Below are positions 10,638 to 20,957 of a DNA stretch of 64,000 nucleotides, one piece after another. The position numbers and the translations under genes are program-made. The stretch lies in NCBI GenBank assembly GCA_945862025.1, contig CAMAWU010000001.1, forward strand, positions 2,947 through 66,946. Reading direction: 5' to 3'. Under the pieces are notes generated by a model, which had not been told where the DNA came from, searched no databases, and saw nothing but the letters and a program-made list of their open reading frames with translations. The DNA comes from Ferrithrix thermotolerans DSM 19514. GTDB taxonomy: Bacteria; Actinomycetota; Acidimicrobiia; Acidimicrobiales; Ilumatobacteraceae. Within the stretch, counting starts at the first letter, position 1. Every line of letters starts with the position of its first letter.

Positions 10638-11543
10638 TTACATCTCCCTTAAAAGTGCAATTCGTTCCGATAGCGGTGGGTGGGTATTAAACAGTTTATG
10701 AAACCCACCAAGCCTGCCCCCGTCATTGACCCCAGATAAAGGTTGCTCAATCCACATATGGGCCGTTGCCATGCTCGCCGAGTGGGTCACGGTGCTGTCT
10801 GCCTGAAGTTTTTCAAGCGCAGAGATCAAACCTGGTGGGTATCTGGTTATCTGGCACGCCGACACATCTGCGAGCGTTTCGCGACGACGACTAATCGTTG
10901 CCTGCATCATTCGGGCAACTAACGGGGCAATAATCAAAAGAGCAAACCCAACGAACGCAAGCGGATTAGATGAATTTTGCCGATCATTTTGGCGGCTGAC
11001 TCGTCCGCCGTTCCACCACATCATGCGGATCGCGATATCTGTCAACAATGCAATTGTGCCAACGAGAGTTACTGCAAGTGTTGCAACCAAAATGTCGTAG
11101 TTACGAATGTGTGAAAGTTCGTGAGCCAAAACACCTTCAAGTTCGACGCGATCAAGTTTCTCAAGTAAGCCCGAAGTCACAGCAACTGCCGCGTGCTTTG
11201 GATTTCTACCAGTCGCAAATGCGTTTGGAGCAGGATCATCAATCACATAAAGGCGTGGCTTTGGTAAACCACTGGCGATGCATAAACCTTCAACCAGATT
11301 GTGTAAACGCTTGTACTCAATTTCGTCGGCAGGTTTTGCACGACTCACGGTCAAGGCGATCGTGTCTGATTTCCAATATGAAACAATCGACATTGTTCCT
11401 GCAATTATTAGAGCAACTGTTACCGAAAATACTGGATTACCAAGCACCGCCCCAACAGCCACACCAACCACAACGAGTATCAACGCAAAACCGATTAACA
11501 AAAAGATGGAGCGCCGCTTGTTAGAGGCAATTAAGTCATACAT
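10638..11543 (-). CDS. htpX: Zinc metalloprotease HtpX (M48 family)
   Basis: 301 aa. Two N-terminal TM helices, the HELSHIRNYD zinc motif and further TM helices. Confidence 0.88.
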   Translation of the reverse strand: MYDLIASNKRRSIFLLIGFALILVVVGVAVGAVLGNPVFSVTVALIIAGTMSIVSYWKSDTIALTVSRAKPADEIEYKRLHNLVEGLCIASGLPKPRLYVIDDPAPNAFATGRNPKHAAVAVTSGLLEKLDRVELEGVLAHELSHIRNYDILVATLAVTLVGTIALLTDIAIRMMWWNGGRVSRQNDRQNSSNPLAFVGFALLIIAPLVARMMQATISRRRETLADVSACQITRYPPGLISALEKLQADSTVTHSASMATAHMWIEQPLSGVNDGGRLGGFHKLFNTHPPLSERIALLREM

Positions 11544-11558
11544 CTGTGGCCTGAGTTT

Positions 11559-12119
11559 CTAGAACTGCACCTTAGGCACAATTTTTTCTGAATCAGTAGC
11601 CGCAAAAGAGTCAACCTCTGAGAATTTAAATATTGAAGCAAGCACAACGCTCGGAAAAGTCGCTATTGCATTGTTATACGCCAATACTGCATCATTATAA
11701 AATTGTCTGGCATAGGCAATACGACTCTCGGTGTTGCTCAGTTCTTCTTGTAAGTTCAAAAAACTCGCATTGGCTTTGAGGTCTGGGTAAGCCTCAGACA
11801 AGGCGAAAAATTGTCGCAACGCCCCAGATAATGCGCTATCCGCAGTTGCTTGACCCGTTGCTGTGCTTGGTGCGCTCATTGCCGAGTTGCGCGCTGTGAT
11901 CACTTGTTGCAAAGTCTTTTGCTCAAAATCTGCGTATCCCTTAACAGTCTCTACAAGATTTGGGATTAGTTCAATTCGACGCTTCAACTGAACATCAATT
12001 TGTGCCCATGCATTTTTGACCTGATTACGACGCTGAACCAGCGAATTGTAGATAATCACAAATGCGACTAGCACAACGATCAAAACACAACCGATCACTA
12101 TTCCCATAACAACCTCCAT
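11559..12119 (-). CDS. lemA: LemA family membrane protein
   Basis: 186 aa. N-terminal TM then YNSLVQRRNQVKNAWAQIDVQLKRR and ARQFYNDAVLAYNNAIATFPS, which are typical LemA motifs. The lemA-htpX pairing is common. Confidence 0.85.
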   Translation of the reverse strand: MEVVMGIVIGCVLIVVLVAFVIIYNSLVQRRNQVKNAWAQIDVQLKRRIELIPNLVETVKGYADFEQKTLQQVITARNSAMSAPSTATGQATADSALSGALRQFFALSEAYPDLKANASFLNLQEELSNTESRIAYARQFYNDAVLAYNNAIATFPSVVLASIFKFSEVDSFAATDSEKIVPKVQF

Positions 12120-12161
12120 TTATCGCAGTTGACTTGTCGCCAAAGTCTACTTCGATATCTA

Positions 12162-13319
12162 TCAATCAGGATTTTTTCGCAGTACACGATCCGAAAATAG
12201 GCGCACGATTCGACTTTTTGGGTGGTGATCTGGGTCATATTGCGCACGCTCTAGAACTGTGTGATACATGTCTATATAAATCTCTGCGAGTCGACGCATC
12301 GAGAGTTCGCCTGCTCGAATTAGACCACCATCACTTAATTTTCTTGCGAGTATTTTGTCGCTCAACACACGCGCTAATCCTTCGGCAAGTTCATTGATGT
12401 CACCAGGTTCAACTAGCCAAGAATTCACATCGTGTGTTCCAACATTGCGATATCCCTCTAGCGAACTGGCAACTACTGGAGCGCCAGAAGCCATCGCCTC
12501 CAAAACGACTATTCCAAATGATTCGCTATGCAGCGACGGTGCACAAAACACAGAGCACTGTGCAAGCCGATTAATTTTGTCTTCATCGGTGATTCTTCCT
12601 AACCACGAGATGCGAGTATCGTGCGCATATTTTGCTTTCAACAATGAGATTCCATCGCCATCTGATGCGATCCATAACTTTGTGTCATCTTCAAGTTTGG
12701 CAAACGCCGCCAAGAGTTCTGCGAGACCCTTTCTTGGCTCATATCGACCGCAAAAGAAAATAATCTTGCCTTCGTTGCGCTTGATATTTGGTCGCGCATA
12801 CATTTCACTTTCAATCCCATTGAATAAAATTTCGTACTCTCCGCCTAGATATCGGTGTGCGAGTTCTCTTGCCTGTGCAGAGACTGCAACTCTGACATCA
12901 AGATGACTCGCCAGCCAATTCACGCCTTTGTTGATTCGCCCGTACCACGCGATGTCACCTGCCGCATGAAACGTGCCAACCATCGGTGCTAAACGCAACA
13001 ACAATGCAGTCATCGGCGGACCAGGTGCGATCGGCTCGTGCAGATGCAAAATATCGAAATCCTCGTCATTAATCGCGCGAACAGTTCGCAACGCAGCCGA
13101 CGGGTCTGGAGCAAGCGGGGCCGTCGAGCCGTTGGCGGCAGTCGGCAAACTATTGCCAAGTGGTGTCACAAAAGGTTCAGGAGGTGGACCATCACATGGG
13201 CCAAGCACTCTTGCTTCGTGACCCATTCGACGCAACTCTCGCGCCAAACCCAAAACTTGCGCTTGTACTCCGCCGGGAATCGTCAAACTATATGGACAGA
13301 CCAAACCGATCCGTAACAT
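12162..13319 (-). CDS. pimA: GT4 glycosyltransferase, probable phosphatidylinositol alpha-mannosyltransferase PimA
   Basis: GT-B/GT4 motifs (MLRIGLVCPYS.., GRYEPRKG, SESFGIVVLEAMASGAPVV). Same cluster as pgsA and the PIM acyltransferase, as in mycobacteria (Rv2612c-Rv2610c). ATG 13319 preferred over GTG 13376. Confidence 0.78.
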   Translation of the reverse strand: MLRIGLVCPYSLTIPGGVQAQVLGLARELRRMGHEARVLGPCDGPPPEPFVTPLGNSLPTAANGSTAPLAPDPSAALRTVRAINDEDFDILHLHEPIAPGPPMTALLLRLAPMVGTFHAAGDIAWYGRINKGVNWLASHLDVRVAVSAQARELAHRYLGGEYEILFNGIESEMYARPNIKRNEGKIIFFCGRYEPRKGLAELLAAFAKLEDDTKLWIASDGDGISLLKAKYAHDTRISWLGRITDEDKINRLAQCSVFCAPSLHSESFGIVVLEAMASGAPVVASSLEGYRNVGTHDVNSWLVEPGDINELAEGLARVLSDKILARKLSDGGLIRAGELSMRRLAEIYIDMYHTVLERAQYDPDHHPKSRIVRLFSDRVLRKNPD

Positions 13320-13454
13320 TTTTTTACGGGTGTACCCGCTGCTTTTGACTTGATTTAAATCATCAGCGGAATTCACGACTTACACGGTACGACCTTTATC
13401 AACAGATACGACAGCGGCTACCAGACAGCATCGCTCGTACCTAGCAACTAACTT

Positions 13455-14432
13455 ATGACAATGAGTAACAACACGAATAGAGATTCAGACACGAACATAG
13501 AAACAGACGCAGCCACCGCCGAATCATTTCGACCGGCAATCTCGCTAGTTGCAACCGCGAAAAAAAGAGCGGCAGTGCTCGACCTTGCCCAACAAGCAGA
13601 GGCACTTGGATTTGCCGGCATCGCCTGCCCGAGTCTTGGCGCAGCAATGGGCTTTTGTACTTCGCTCGCCCATGTTACAAAAAAAATTAAATTTTGGACT
13701 TCGATTCAGCCTATTTATTACAGTCACGCAATTGAAATGGCAAATACTGCCGCTCATATCTTTGAGATTTCAAATTCGCGATTCAGTCTCGGACTCGGTG
13801 TCAGTCATGGGCCTGTAATCAGCCGACTTGGCGCAACAACTGCCACGCCATTAGCAGATATTCGAAATTATGTGCAGACAATGCGAAACCAAGAAAGATT
13901 CTCTGGAGAACTTCCACCGATTTACCTCGCGGCACTGCGCGACAAAATGCTTGACCTAACTACTGAAATATCTCAAGGCGCAATTTGGGCAAACGCGGCA
14001 TTGAGCAATATCTCTTCGCAACTTACTCGAGTTGCACCACCACGAAGGGCCGAAATGTTTTTTGCCAACATGGTGCCAACAGTAATCAGCAATAATCTTG
14101 GCGCTGCCCACGAGATTCACCGTAAGACTCTCGTTGGCTATGTGTCGTTACCTAATTATCGAAACTATTGGCGATCATGTGGCTACGACGAACAAATTGA
14201 CGCGTTTGAAAAAATTCTTGATTCACCAAATAAAGAAACTCGGTCAGCAGAGATAATCGCGGCGATGGATACAAAGTGGTTGAGTGATTGCACTATTTCT
14301 GGTGACAGCGACACAGTGCGCGAAGCACTTTGGGCGTGGTCACAATCTGGAGTTCTGCCGATCGCTGTGATGTCATCAACTTCGGGTGGTCAGGCAAAGG
14401 CCGTCAGCGAACTATTTGATGCTTATAAATAA
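13455..14432 (+). CDS. Luciferase-like monooxygenase (LLM) family, probable F420-dependent oxidoreductase
   Basis: 325 aa. TIM-barrel LLM-like features (LGFAGIACPS, FSLGLGVSHGP). Substrate unknown. Plus strand, embedded in the minus-strand PI/PIM cluster. Confidence 0.7.
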   Translation: MTMSNNTNRDSDTNIETDAATAESFRPAISLVATAKKRAAVLDLAQQAEALGFAGIACPSLGAAMGFCTSLAHVTKKIKFWTSIQPIYYSHAIEMANTAAHIFEISNSRFSLGLGVSHGPVISRLGATTATPLADIRNYVQTMRNQERFSGELPPIYLAALRDKMLDLTTEISQGAIWANAALSNISSQLTRVAPPRRAEMFFANMVPTVISNNLGAAHEIHRKTLVGYVSLPNYRNYWRSCGYDEQIDAFEKILDSPNKETRSAEIIAAMDTKWLSDCTISGDSDTVREALWAWSQSGVLPIAVMSSTSGGQAKAVSELFDAYK

Positions 14433-15344
14433 TTAGTTGTAGCCGGGATCGCTTGGCCAGTTCGGCTGAAACAAGTGCCATTGCAGTGGGTCTTGGCGAA
14501 TCAGAAATTCAAGTTCATTGGCAAGAGTTTGAGCAATTCGATTCATATCTTGTCGCAACGTGCCAAGTCGTTCGACGACAATTGATGGTCGCACAACAGT
14601 CGCGTGGCCATCAAGTCGTTTTGTGAAATAGGTTGCAAGTGGCACTAGCGCTGCGCCAGTTCTTAGAGCGAAAAATGCTGGCCCCGCAGGAATCGTTGTC
14701 TTCTCACCGAAGAACTCAACTTCGATGCCCGTTCTTGCAATATCGCGATCTGCTAGCAGCGCAACAATCTCATTTTTAGCAAGTGCATTTTGTACTGCGA
14801 CTCCAGCCTGATCATCTAACGCAATAACCGTGACACCATAACTTTTTCGCAAATTTGTAAACATCTCAAACAACTCGTGTGACTCAAGCTTTTCAACTAC
14901 TGCATTGAGTTGATGACCTTGTTGGATTAACCATCTACCTGACCATTCCCAACCGCCTAAGTGTGGCAAAGCCAATATCACTCCTTTGCCACGCGCTAAT
15001 CCACTTTCAATATGTTCGAACCCAGAAATTTTTACACCAGCCTGAATTCTTTTTGAATTGAGCGTTGGCAGACGAAAAGTTTCAATGTAATAGCGGGCGT
15101 AACTCTGATATGACTTCTGCACGGCACGACGAAGCTCTCTGCCACGCAACTCGGGTTGCAGGCGTTGCAGGTGATGCGAAACAATTGGGCGTTGCTTGCG
15201 CATCAATATTGAAATTGCTGGTACTAATACTGATGCGAGCAACGAAATAACAAAAGATGGAATCAGCCTCGTCAGGATAGTTATCAGGCGATACCCGAAA
15301 ATTATTGCTAAGTCTGAGCCTGTTTTACGAGACGCCGACTTCAC
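14433..15344 (-). CDS. Lysophospholipid (LpxL/HtrB-type) acyltransferase, probable phosphatidylinositol mannoside acyltransferase (PatA-like)
   Basis: 303 aa. N-terminal TM and an HtrB-family core (ALPHLGGWEW, ADRD). ATGA overlap with the pgsA stop. Position equivalent to mycobacterial Rv2611c. Confidence 0.75.
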   Translation of the reverse strand: MKSASRKTGSDLAIIFGYRLITILTRLIPSFVISLLASVLVPAISILMRKQRPIVSHHLQRLQPELRGRELRRAVQKSYQSYARYYIETFRLPTLNSKRIQAGVKISGFEHIESGLARGKGVILALPHLGGWEWSGRWLIQQGHQLNAVVEKLESHELFEMFTNLRKSYGVTVIALDDQAGVAVQNALAKNEIVALLADRDIARTGIEVEFFGEKTTIPAGPAFFALRTGAALVPLATYFTKRLDGHATVVRPSIVVERLGTLRQDMNRIAQTLANELEFLIRQDPLQWHLFQPNWPSDPGYN

Positions 15345-16030
15345 TTCATCAAGCGACCGCGCGACAGGCGCAACCGCCTATCGGCACGCTGAGCGCGTCG
15401 AGATGCGCGGCGAGACTGTCGTAATGCAACGCGCTCTGCTGTTGCCGGAGCAATAGCTGCTTGTTTCCAAACTTTGATGAATCGTTGCACTGCAGTGATC
15501 GTGACCAAAACGAGCATCAACCACATTGCCCAGAACAGCAACGAGTCAAACAACAAGCCGGCACACAATAAAATAATTCGCTCGGCGCGCTCCATCAAAC
15601 CGCCCTTTGCAGTTAACCCAAGAGATTCGGCCTTGGCTCGCTGATAAGAAATTAAAGACGACACCGCCATCACTGCAAATGGTAGAACTGCGGCGTGTGC
15701 TCCCCTTTGAGTACCTAGAAACCATGCAACGCCACCCAGCAATACGGCGTCAGTTACGCGATCAATTGTTGAATCAAAAAAAGCCCCACGCTGACTACTC
15801 TGATTTGATGCTTTAGCCAGCGCTCCGTCAAATAAGTCAGGCAGTGCCGCACAGATCACAAGCAATAGACCAACTTGTAATTCACCAATAGCAATAACAA
15901 CTGCTGCAATACATGCAACTATTAATCCGAGAACTGTCAAGTGATCAGGCGTAAGTCTTGTGCGACGCAAGAGTTGCCCGACTGGGCGCACGATGCGTTC
16001 AACTTGCTGGCGAAATCTACCGTCGAACAT
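15341..16030 (-). CDS. pgsA: CDP-alcohol phosphatidyltransferase, probable phosphatidylinositol phosphate synthase
   Basis: 229 aa. CDP-OH-P transferase motif (DLFDGALAK...GAFFDSTIDRVTD) and multiple TM helices. Synteny with thrS/HIT/pimA. Confidence 0.82.
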   Translation of the reverse strand: MFDGRFRQQVERIVRPVGQLLRRTRLTPDHLTVLGLIVACIAAVVIAIGELQVGLLLVICAALPDLFDGALAKASNQSSQRGAFFDSTIDRVTDAVLLGGVAWFLGTQRGAHAAVLPFAVMAVSSLISYQRAKAESLGLTAKGGLMERAERIILLCAGLLFDSLLFWAMWLMLVLVTITAVQRFIKVWKQAAIAPATAERVALRQSRRASRRAQRADRRLRLSRGRLMK

Positions 16031-16039
16031 TGATCAAGT

Positions 16040-16525
16040 CTAACTGTCGGGGTTTAACTCAACGAGACACTCAACAACTTGACCATCAATCGCGTCAATC
16101 AGTACAAGACCTCGTTGCAACGGAGGCTCTTGTTCGCTGTAACAAAAAACTCTCCATGTCGGACGACTACGAAGGCCGCGCCACACTTGTTGTGCCGACG
16201 CATGGCCAACCGCAAAATCAACCGCCCGAGTCGCATAAATTAGAGCCAGTTTTTCATCAATCGTCATTCGCCAAGATGACGACAACGAATACAGAGCAAC
16301 CACGCTGAGCAAAATTGCTGCGCCGAGAAACCCGTCGCTAACAAGACCGTTTTCATTCGTATGTTGGGTAAACCACAACACGAAACAACCCAAAGAGATC
16401 GCCAGATACAAAATCGCCGGAATTCGTCGTCGGCTATTGTCTGGAAACATATATGGCCCGACAAATGCCGTGACATTTAAATCATCGGGAAGCGAATCTC
16501 GAATTTCGTTGGGTGATTCGGTCAT
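16040..16525 (-). CDS. Hypothetical membrane protein (2 predicted TM helices)
   Basis: ATG at 16525 overlaps the HIT stop as ATGA (translational coupling). Hydrophobic segments IPAILYLAISLGCFVLWF and FLGAAILLSVVALYSL. No recognisable family. Confidence 0.5.
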   Translation of the reverse strand: MTESPNEIRDSLPDDLNVTAFVGPYMFPDNSRRRIPAILYLAISLGCFVLWFTQHTNENGLVSDGFLGAAILLSVVALYSLSSSWRMTIDEKLALIYATRAVDFAVGHASAQQVWRGLRSRPTWRVFCYSEQEPPLQRGLVLIDAIDGQVVECLVELNPDS

Positions 16526-17034
16526 ATCTCTTTTGTTGTCTTCCATGCTGCTCGAATTCTAGACGCACTCACATCAAGCGCCTCTGGCAAAATTTTTGTA
16601 TTTGCTGTTGTGACCATGAAGTTTGTATCTCCACCCCACCTTCCAACGACGTGCACATGTAAATGTTGGGAAATACTGCCACCTGCAGCTGCTCCAAGAT
16701 TTAATCCGATATTTAATGCCTCCGGTGCATAAACAGACTTCATTGCTCTAACTGCATCGGTCACAGTTGACCAAAGTTCAGTGGTTTCATCTGCGTTCAA
16801 CTTCTCAAGTTCTGCAACTTCTCGATAAGGAACTACGAGCAGATGACCCGATGTATAAGGGAAGGCATTCATAATCGTAAATACGGTTTTGCCACGATAA
16901 ACGATGTAACTCTGTTCATCACTTATATCACTGTTTAAAATCTGTGTGAAAATTGATGCAGCCGAAGTGCTCTTTGAATCTTGACCGTGCATCACATAAT
17001 TTGCCCGCCAGCCATTCCAAATTCTTTCTAACAT
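16522..17034 (-). CDS. HIT family protein (Ap4A phosphorylase-like)
   Basis: 170 aa. Histidine triad HLHVHVV and MNAFPYTSGHLLVVP. Downstream of thrS as in mycobacteria (Rv2613c position). Confidence 0.85.
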   Translation of the reverse strand: MLERIWNGWRANYVMHGQDSKSTSAASIFTQILNSDISDEQSYIVYRGKTVFTIMNAFPYTSGHLLVVPYREVAELEKLNADETTELWSTVTDAVRAMKSVYAPEALNIGLNLGAAAGGSISQHLHVHVVGRWGGDTNFMVTTANTKILPEALDVSASRIRAAWKTTKEI

Positions 17035-17070
17035 TTAATACAAACCCAAGTTTTGCAACTCAACATAATT

Positions 17071-19053
17071 TCAAACTTTTGTTTCTTGGTTGACGTCGCG
17101 AGACAACTCGGCGACAAAATCATTTAACGACACATCGCGACGCACTTCGCCGCCTCGTGGGTTGACACCAACAGTTGCGTTAGCAAGATCATCGTCACCA
17201 ACAACCAACACATAAGGTATGCGTTCTAGTTTTGATGCACGAATGCGTTTGCCTAACTGTTCATCAGCGACTAGTTGATCAACCCGGTAGCCCAATTTTG
17301 TCAGCGACTCGGTTACTTGCGTTGCATAATTCTCATGGGCTGACGCAACGGCCAATACCCGAACCTGAGTTGGCGCCAGCCAAGTCGGAAACGCCCCACC
17401 GTAGTGCTCGAGCAATACGCCAAAGAAGCGTTCAATCGAGCCGAACAACGCGCGATGCAACATGATCGGACGCTTACGTGCGTTATCGGTCGCAATATAT
17501 TCAAGACCGAATCGCTCAGGCAAATTAAAATCACATTGAATTGTGCTGAGCTGCCACTTTCGACCAATCGCATCACGCACATCAATGTCAATCTTTGGTC
17601 CATAAAAAGCGGCGTCACCCGGCGAAACTGAATACTTCAACCCGTGTCGGTTTAAAGCTTCGGTCAACGCAGCAGTGGACTTTTCCCAAATTTCGTCGGA
17701 GCCAACTGATTTTTCTGGATTGCGTGTGCTGAGTTTGAAATCAAAATCGTTAAAACCGAATCTACGCAACACGCTCAAAACGAAATCTAAGAGCGAAGCG
17801 ATCTCATCTGCCATCTGCTCTTCGGTACAAAAAATATGGCTGTCATCTTGGGTGAAGCCTCTAATCCGCAGTAAGCCGTGCAGAGTTCCGGCGCGCTCGT
17901 ACCGATAGACAGTGCCGAGTTCAAATAGACGCAATGGCAACTCGCGATAACTTCGTTGACGATCACGATAAATCAAACAGTGCATCGGACAATTCATCGG
18001 CTTTGGATAATAAGTGCCGTTGTCCATCTCCATTGGTGGATACATGCCATCTTTGTAAAATTGCAAGTGTCCAGAAGTTTCAAACAAATGTGCATTAGCA
18101 AGATGCGGAGTAAATACAAACTTGTAGCCACCGTTCTGATGACGCTCGCGACTGTAATCTTCCATCAACTTTCGAACGATGCCGCCTTTTGGATGCCAAA
18201 CCGCAAGTCCGCCACCGAGTTCTTGTGGAAAGGAGAGTAAATCCATTTCAACTGCTAACCGACGGTGATCACGCTTCTCGGCTTCTTCAAGACGATTCAA
18301 ATGTTCGGCGAGTGCGGTCTTTGACTCCCATGCTGTGCCGTAGATCCGTTGCAACATCGGGCCCTTTTCATTGCCGCGCCAATATGCGCCAGCAACTTTC
18401 ATTAACGCAAAATGTCCGAGACGACTCGTAGAAGGGACATGCGGCCCACGACAAAGATCTACAAAATTTTCCGAGTTGCGATACACACTTACCGCATCGG
18501 CACTACCTGCTTCACCAGCATCACTTGAATCTGCATCACCTTGAGTTACTCGTTCAATTATTTCGCATTTGTAAGGCTGGTCTGAAAATAACTTCAACGC
18601 TTCTTTGGCTGACATTTCAGACCGAACGAACGGCTGATCTGCGGTAACAATTTCTTGCATCCGTTGCTGAATCATGGATAAATCGTCATCACTAAATGTT
18701 TTGCCACCCATCAACTCAAAGTCATAATAAAAACCGTCTTCAATTGCTGGACCGATTGAGAACTTTGCGCCTTGAAATAATTGCACTACCGCTTGCGCCA
18801 AAACATGCGCAGTTGAGTGTCGCAACACATGTCGGCCAGCATCTGAATCAACAGTAATAATTGAAACTTTTGCACCGTCAGTGAGCGCGACACCCAAATC
18901 AGTTTCGACGCCGTCAACGATCGTGGCGATTGCTGCTTGACCGAGCCGCTTACCGATTGATGTCGCCAAATCTAAACCAGTTGCACCAACGGCTATTTCT
19001 CGAGTTGAGTCGTCTGGAAGACGCACAGTAATCGTGGCATTGGAATCAGGCAT
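17071..19053 (-). CDS. thrS: Threonine--tRNA ligase
   Basis: TGS domain, editing-domain HSTAHVLAQAV, class II motifs (FRGFTQDDSHIF, GTLHGLLRIRGF-like) and an anticodon-binding C-terminus. ATG 19053 preferred over TTG 19074. Confidence 0.95.
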   Translation of the reverse strand: MPDSNATITVRLPDDSTREIAVGATGLDLATSIGKRLGQAAIATIVDGVETDLGVALTDGAKVSIITVDSDAGRHVLRHSTAHVLAQAVVQLFQGAKFSIGPAIEDGFYYDFELMGGKTFSDDDLSMIQQRMQEIVTADQPFVRSEMSAKEALKLFSDQPYKCEIIERVTQGDADSSDAGEAGSADAVSVYRNSENFVDLCRGPHVPSTSRLGHFALMKVAGAYWRGNEKGPMLQRIYGTAWESKTALAEHLNRLEEAEKRDHRRLAVEMDLLSFPQELGGGLAVWHPKGGIVRKLMEDYSRERHQNGGYKFVFTPHLANAHLFETSGHLQFYKDGMYPPMEMDNGTYYPKPMNCPMHCLIYRDRQRSYRELPLRLFELGTVYRYERAGTLHGLLRIRGFTQDDSHIFCTEEQMADEIASLLDFVLSVLRRFGFNDFDFKLSTRNPEKSVGSDEIWEKSTAALTEALNRHGLKYSVSPGDAAFYGPKIDIDVRDAIGRKWQLSTIQCDFNLPERFGLEYIATDNARKRPIMLHRALFGSIERFFGVLLEHYGGAFPTWLAPTQVRVLAVASAHENYATQVTESLTKLGYRVDQLVADEQLGKRIRASKLERIPYVLVVGDDDLANATVGVNPRGGEVRRDVSLNDFVAELSRDVNQETKV

Positions 19054-19079
19054 AAATATAAGTCTAGATTGCAACAGTT

Positions 19080-19817
19080 CTAGATGTGGGTTCGATTTGC
19101 GCTGCTTCTCTTAGGTGCGTAGTCGTATAGATATTCTTGCTTTGTTAGTGCTTGAATTTTTTTCATCACTTCGTCGGTCAATTCTCTCAACACTGCAGGG
19201 TCATCAATTCGCAACATGTACTCGCGAGTATCAATTGGCTGACCAATCTCAATTGTGCAACTCTTTCCGAATTTTGGCAGAACCGTGTCTGGCGCCATGA
19301 TCTCACTCGTGCCAGTTATCCCAACCGGAAAAATTGGGCAACCAAATTTGAGGGCCAATCTTGCCGCTCCAGTGCGGCCTTTGTAAAGTTTGCCGTCCCG
19401 ACTGCGGGTGCCCTCAGGAAATATTCCGAACAATTCGCCTCGCGCCAAAACAGCTTCAACTGCCACCATCGCCGAAGTTGCGCTGTCTCCCCCGCTTCGA
19501 TCCAACGGGATCATCCCAATTTTTGTAAATAGCCAACGCGTTTTCCATGAGTCCATATATTCACTCTTTCCAACCACCGACATATTTCGTGGAGAATGTG
19601 TCAGCAAAAATACTGAGTCAAGAAAACTAATATGGTTTGCACATAAAATTGCTGGTCCCAATTCAGGAATCTGATCAAACCCAATCAGGGTAAATTTACA
19701 AAACCTATTGACAAAAAATCTGACGAACGGCCTGAACCGAGTCTGGAACTTCGTCGCTCCAGCAAATTTCAACGGATCAAAATTGATTTTTGAGTTTCGT
19801 TTGAATAACGACATCAC
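19080..19817 (-). CDS. 1-acyl-sn-glycerol-3-phosphate acyltransferase family protein (PlsC-like)
   Basis: 245 aa. HxxxxD motif NHISFLD and FPEGTRS. Confidence 0.8.
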   Translation of the reverse strand: MMSLFKRNSKINFDPLKFAGATKFQTRFRPFVRFFVNRFCKFTLIGFDQIPELGPAILCANHISFLDSVFLLTHSPRNMSVVGKSEYMDSWKTRWLFTKIGMIPLDRSGGDSATSAMVAVEAVLARGELFGIFPEGTRSRDGKLYKGRTGAARLALKFGCPIFPVGITGTSEIMAPDTVLPKFGKSCTIEIGQPIDTREYMLRIDDPAVLRELTDEVMKKIQALTKQEYLYDYAPKRSSANRTHI

Positions 19818-19829
19818 ACTAAAACTAAC

Positions 19830-20957
19830 TTATTTAAGGTCGACTCCCAAAAGTTTTGCTGATGCCGTAATACTGTGCCCAGAGGCAACAGCAGCGTCAA
19901 GCACTGCGATCGCACTCGGAACATCTAAATCATCATCAAGAGCCGAACGAACCTCGGCGAGCCCTGCTGTCCCGTCACCGTTTTTTGCATTTGACCACGC
20001 ATCAAGCCTGGCGAGTGCTGCTGGAATTGCTGAAGAATCCCATTGCCATTCTTTTCGATAATGATTAACTATCAGCGCTAAGCGAATTGCCCGAGGGTCA
20101 TAAATTTTGCGCAAACGATCAACAAACTCGAGATTTCCCAAACTCTTAGACATCTTTGTTCCATCCATAAAAACCATTGCTACATGCATCCAATGTTTGA
20201 CGAACTGCACACCTGTTGCAGCTTCAGATTGTGCCCTCTCACACTCGTGATGTGGAAAAATTAAATCACTGCCACCACCATGCAGATCAATTGTTGTGCC
20301 AAGTTCGCGCAATGCAAGTGCCGAACATTCAATGTGCCAGCCTGGTCGACCCGGGCCCCACATCGTGTCCCAACTTGGTTCGTCACTTGCTGAGGGCTGC
20401 CACAAAACAAAATCAAGGGGGTTGCGCTTATGTGGGTCTTCAATTTGTCCACCCCGTTCGGCAGCCAGACGCAACATTGTTTTGTTGTCGTAATTCGAGA
20501 CACTTCCGAATGAATCAAACTTTGTTACATCAAAATAGACGCTGCCACCCGCTTGATAAGCAAAACCACGATCTAAAACCATTCCGATGAACCCACGAAT
20601 ATCTGGGATTGCCGAAGACGCGCGAGGTTTGCTGAAGATCTCAAGAGCGTTTAATGCTTTCATGTCTGCATCAAATCTCGCTTCTTCTCCTGCTGCGAGA
20701 TCTAAATAGTGCACTCCAAGTTCGCGCGCCTTAGCAAACAGCGGGTCGTCTACGTCGGTTACGTTGCGCACACATTTGACGGTGTGCCCTTTATCAATTA
20801 GATGGCGCTGCAAAATATCGTAGCTAATAAATGTAAAGGCATGGCCAATGTGCGTCGCATCATATGGCGTGATGCCACATGTATACATCAAGACTTCTTT
20901 GCCAGGCGCGAAATCTATGACACATTGTTGCACAGTGTCATAAAGTTTCATTGTCAC
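19830..20957 (-). CDS. mshC: L-cysteine:1D-myo-inositol 2-amino-2-deoxy-alpha-D-glucopyranoside ligase (mycothiol synthesis)
   Basis: 375 aa. CGITPYDATHIGHA, GPGRPGWHIECSA, GGGSDLIFPHHE and KMSKSLGN. Short, with no CysRS anticodon domain, and collinear with my recollection of M. tuberculosis MshC. Confidence 0.85.
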   Translation of the reverse strand: MTMKLYDTVQQCVIDFAPGKEVLMYTCGITPYDATHIGHAFTFISYDILQRHLIDKGHTVKCVRNVTDVDDPLFAKARELGVHYLDLAAGEEARFDADMKALNALEIFSKPRASSAIPDIRGFIGMVLDRGFAYQAGGSVYFDVTKFDSFGSVSNYDNKTMLRLAAERGGQIEDPHKRNPLDFVLWQPSASDEPSWDTMWGPGRPGWHIECSALALRELGTTIDLHGGGSDLIFPHHECERAQSEAATGVQFVKHWMHVAMVFMDGTKMSKSLGNLEFVDRLRKIYDPRAIRLALIVNHYRKEWQWDSSAIPAALARLDAWSNAKNGDGTAGLAEVRSALDDDLDVPSAIAVLDAAVASGHSITASAKLLGVDLK

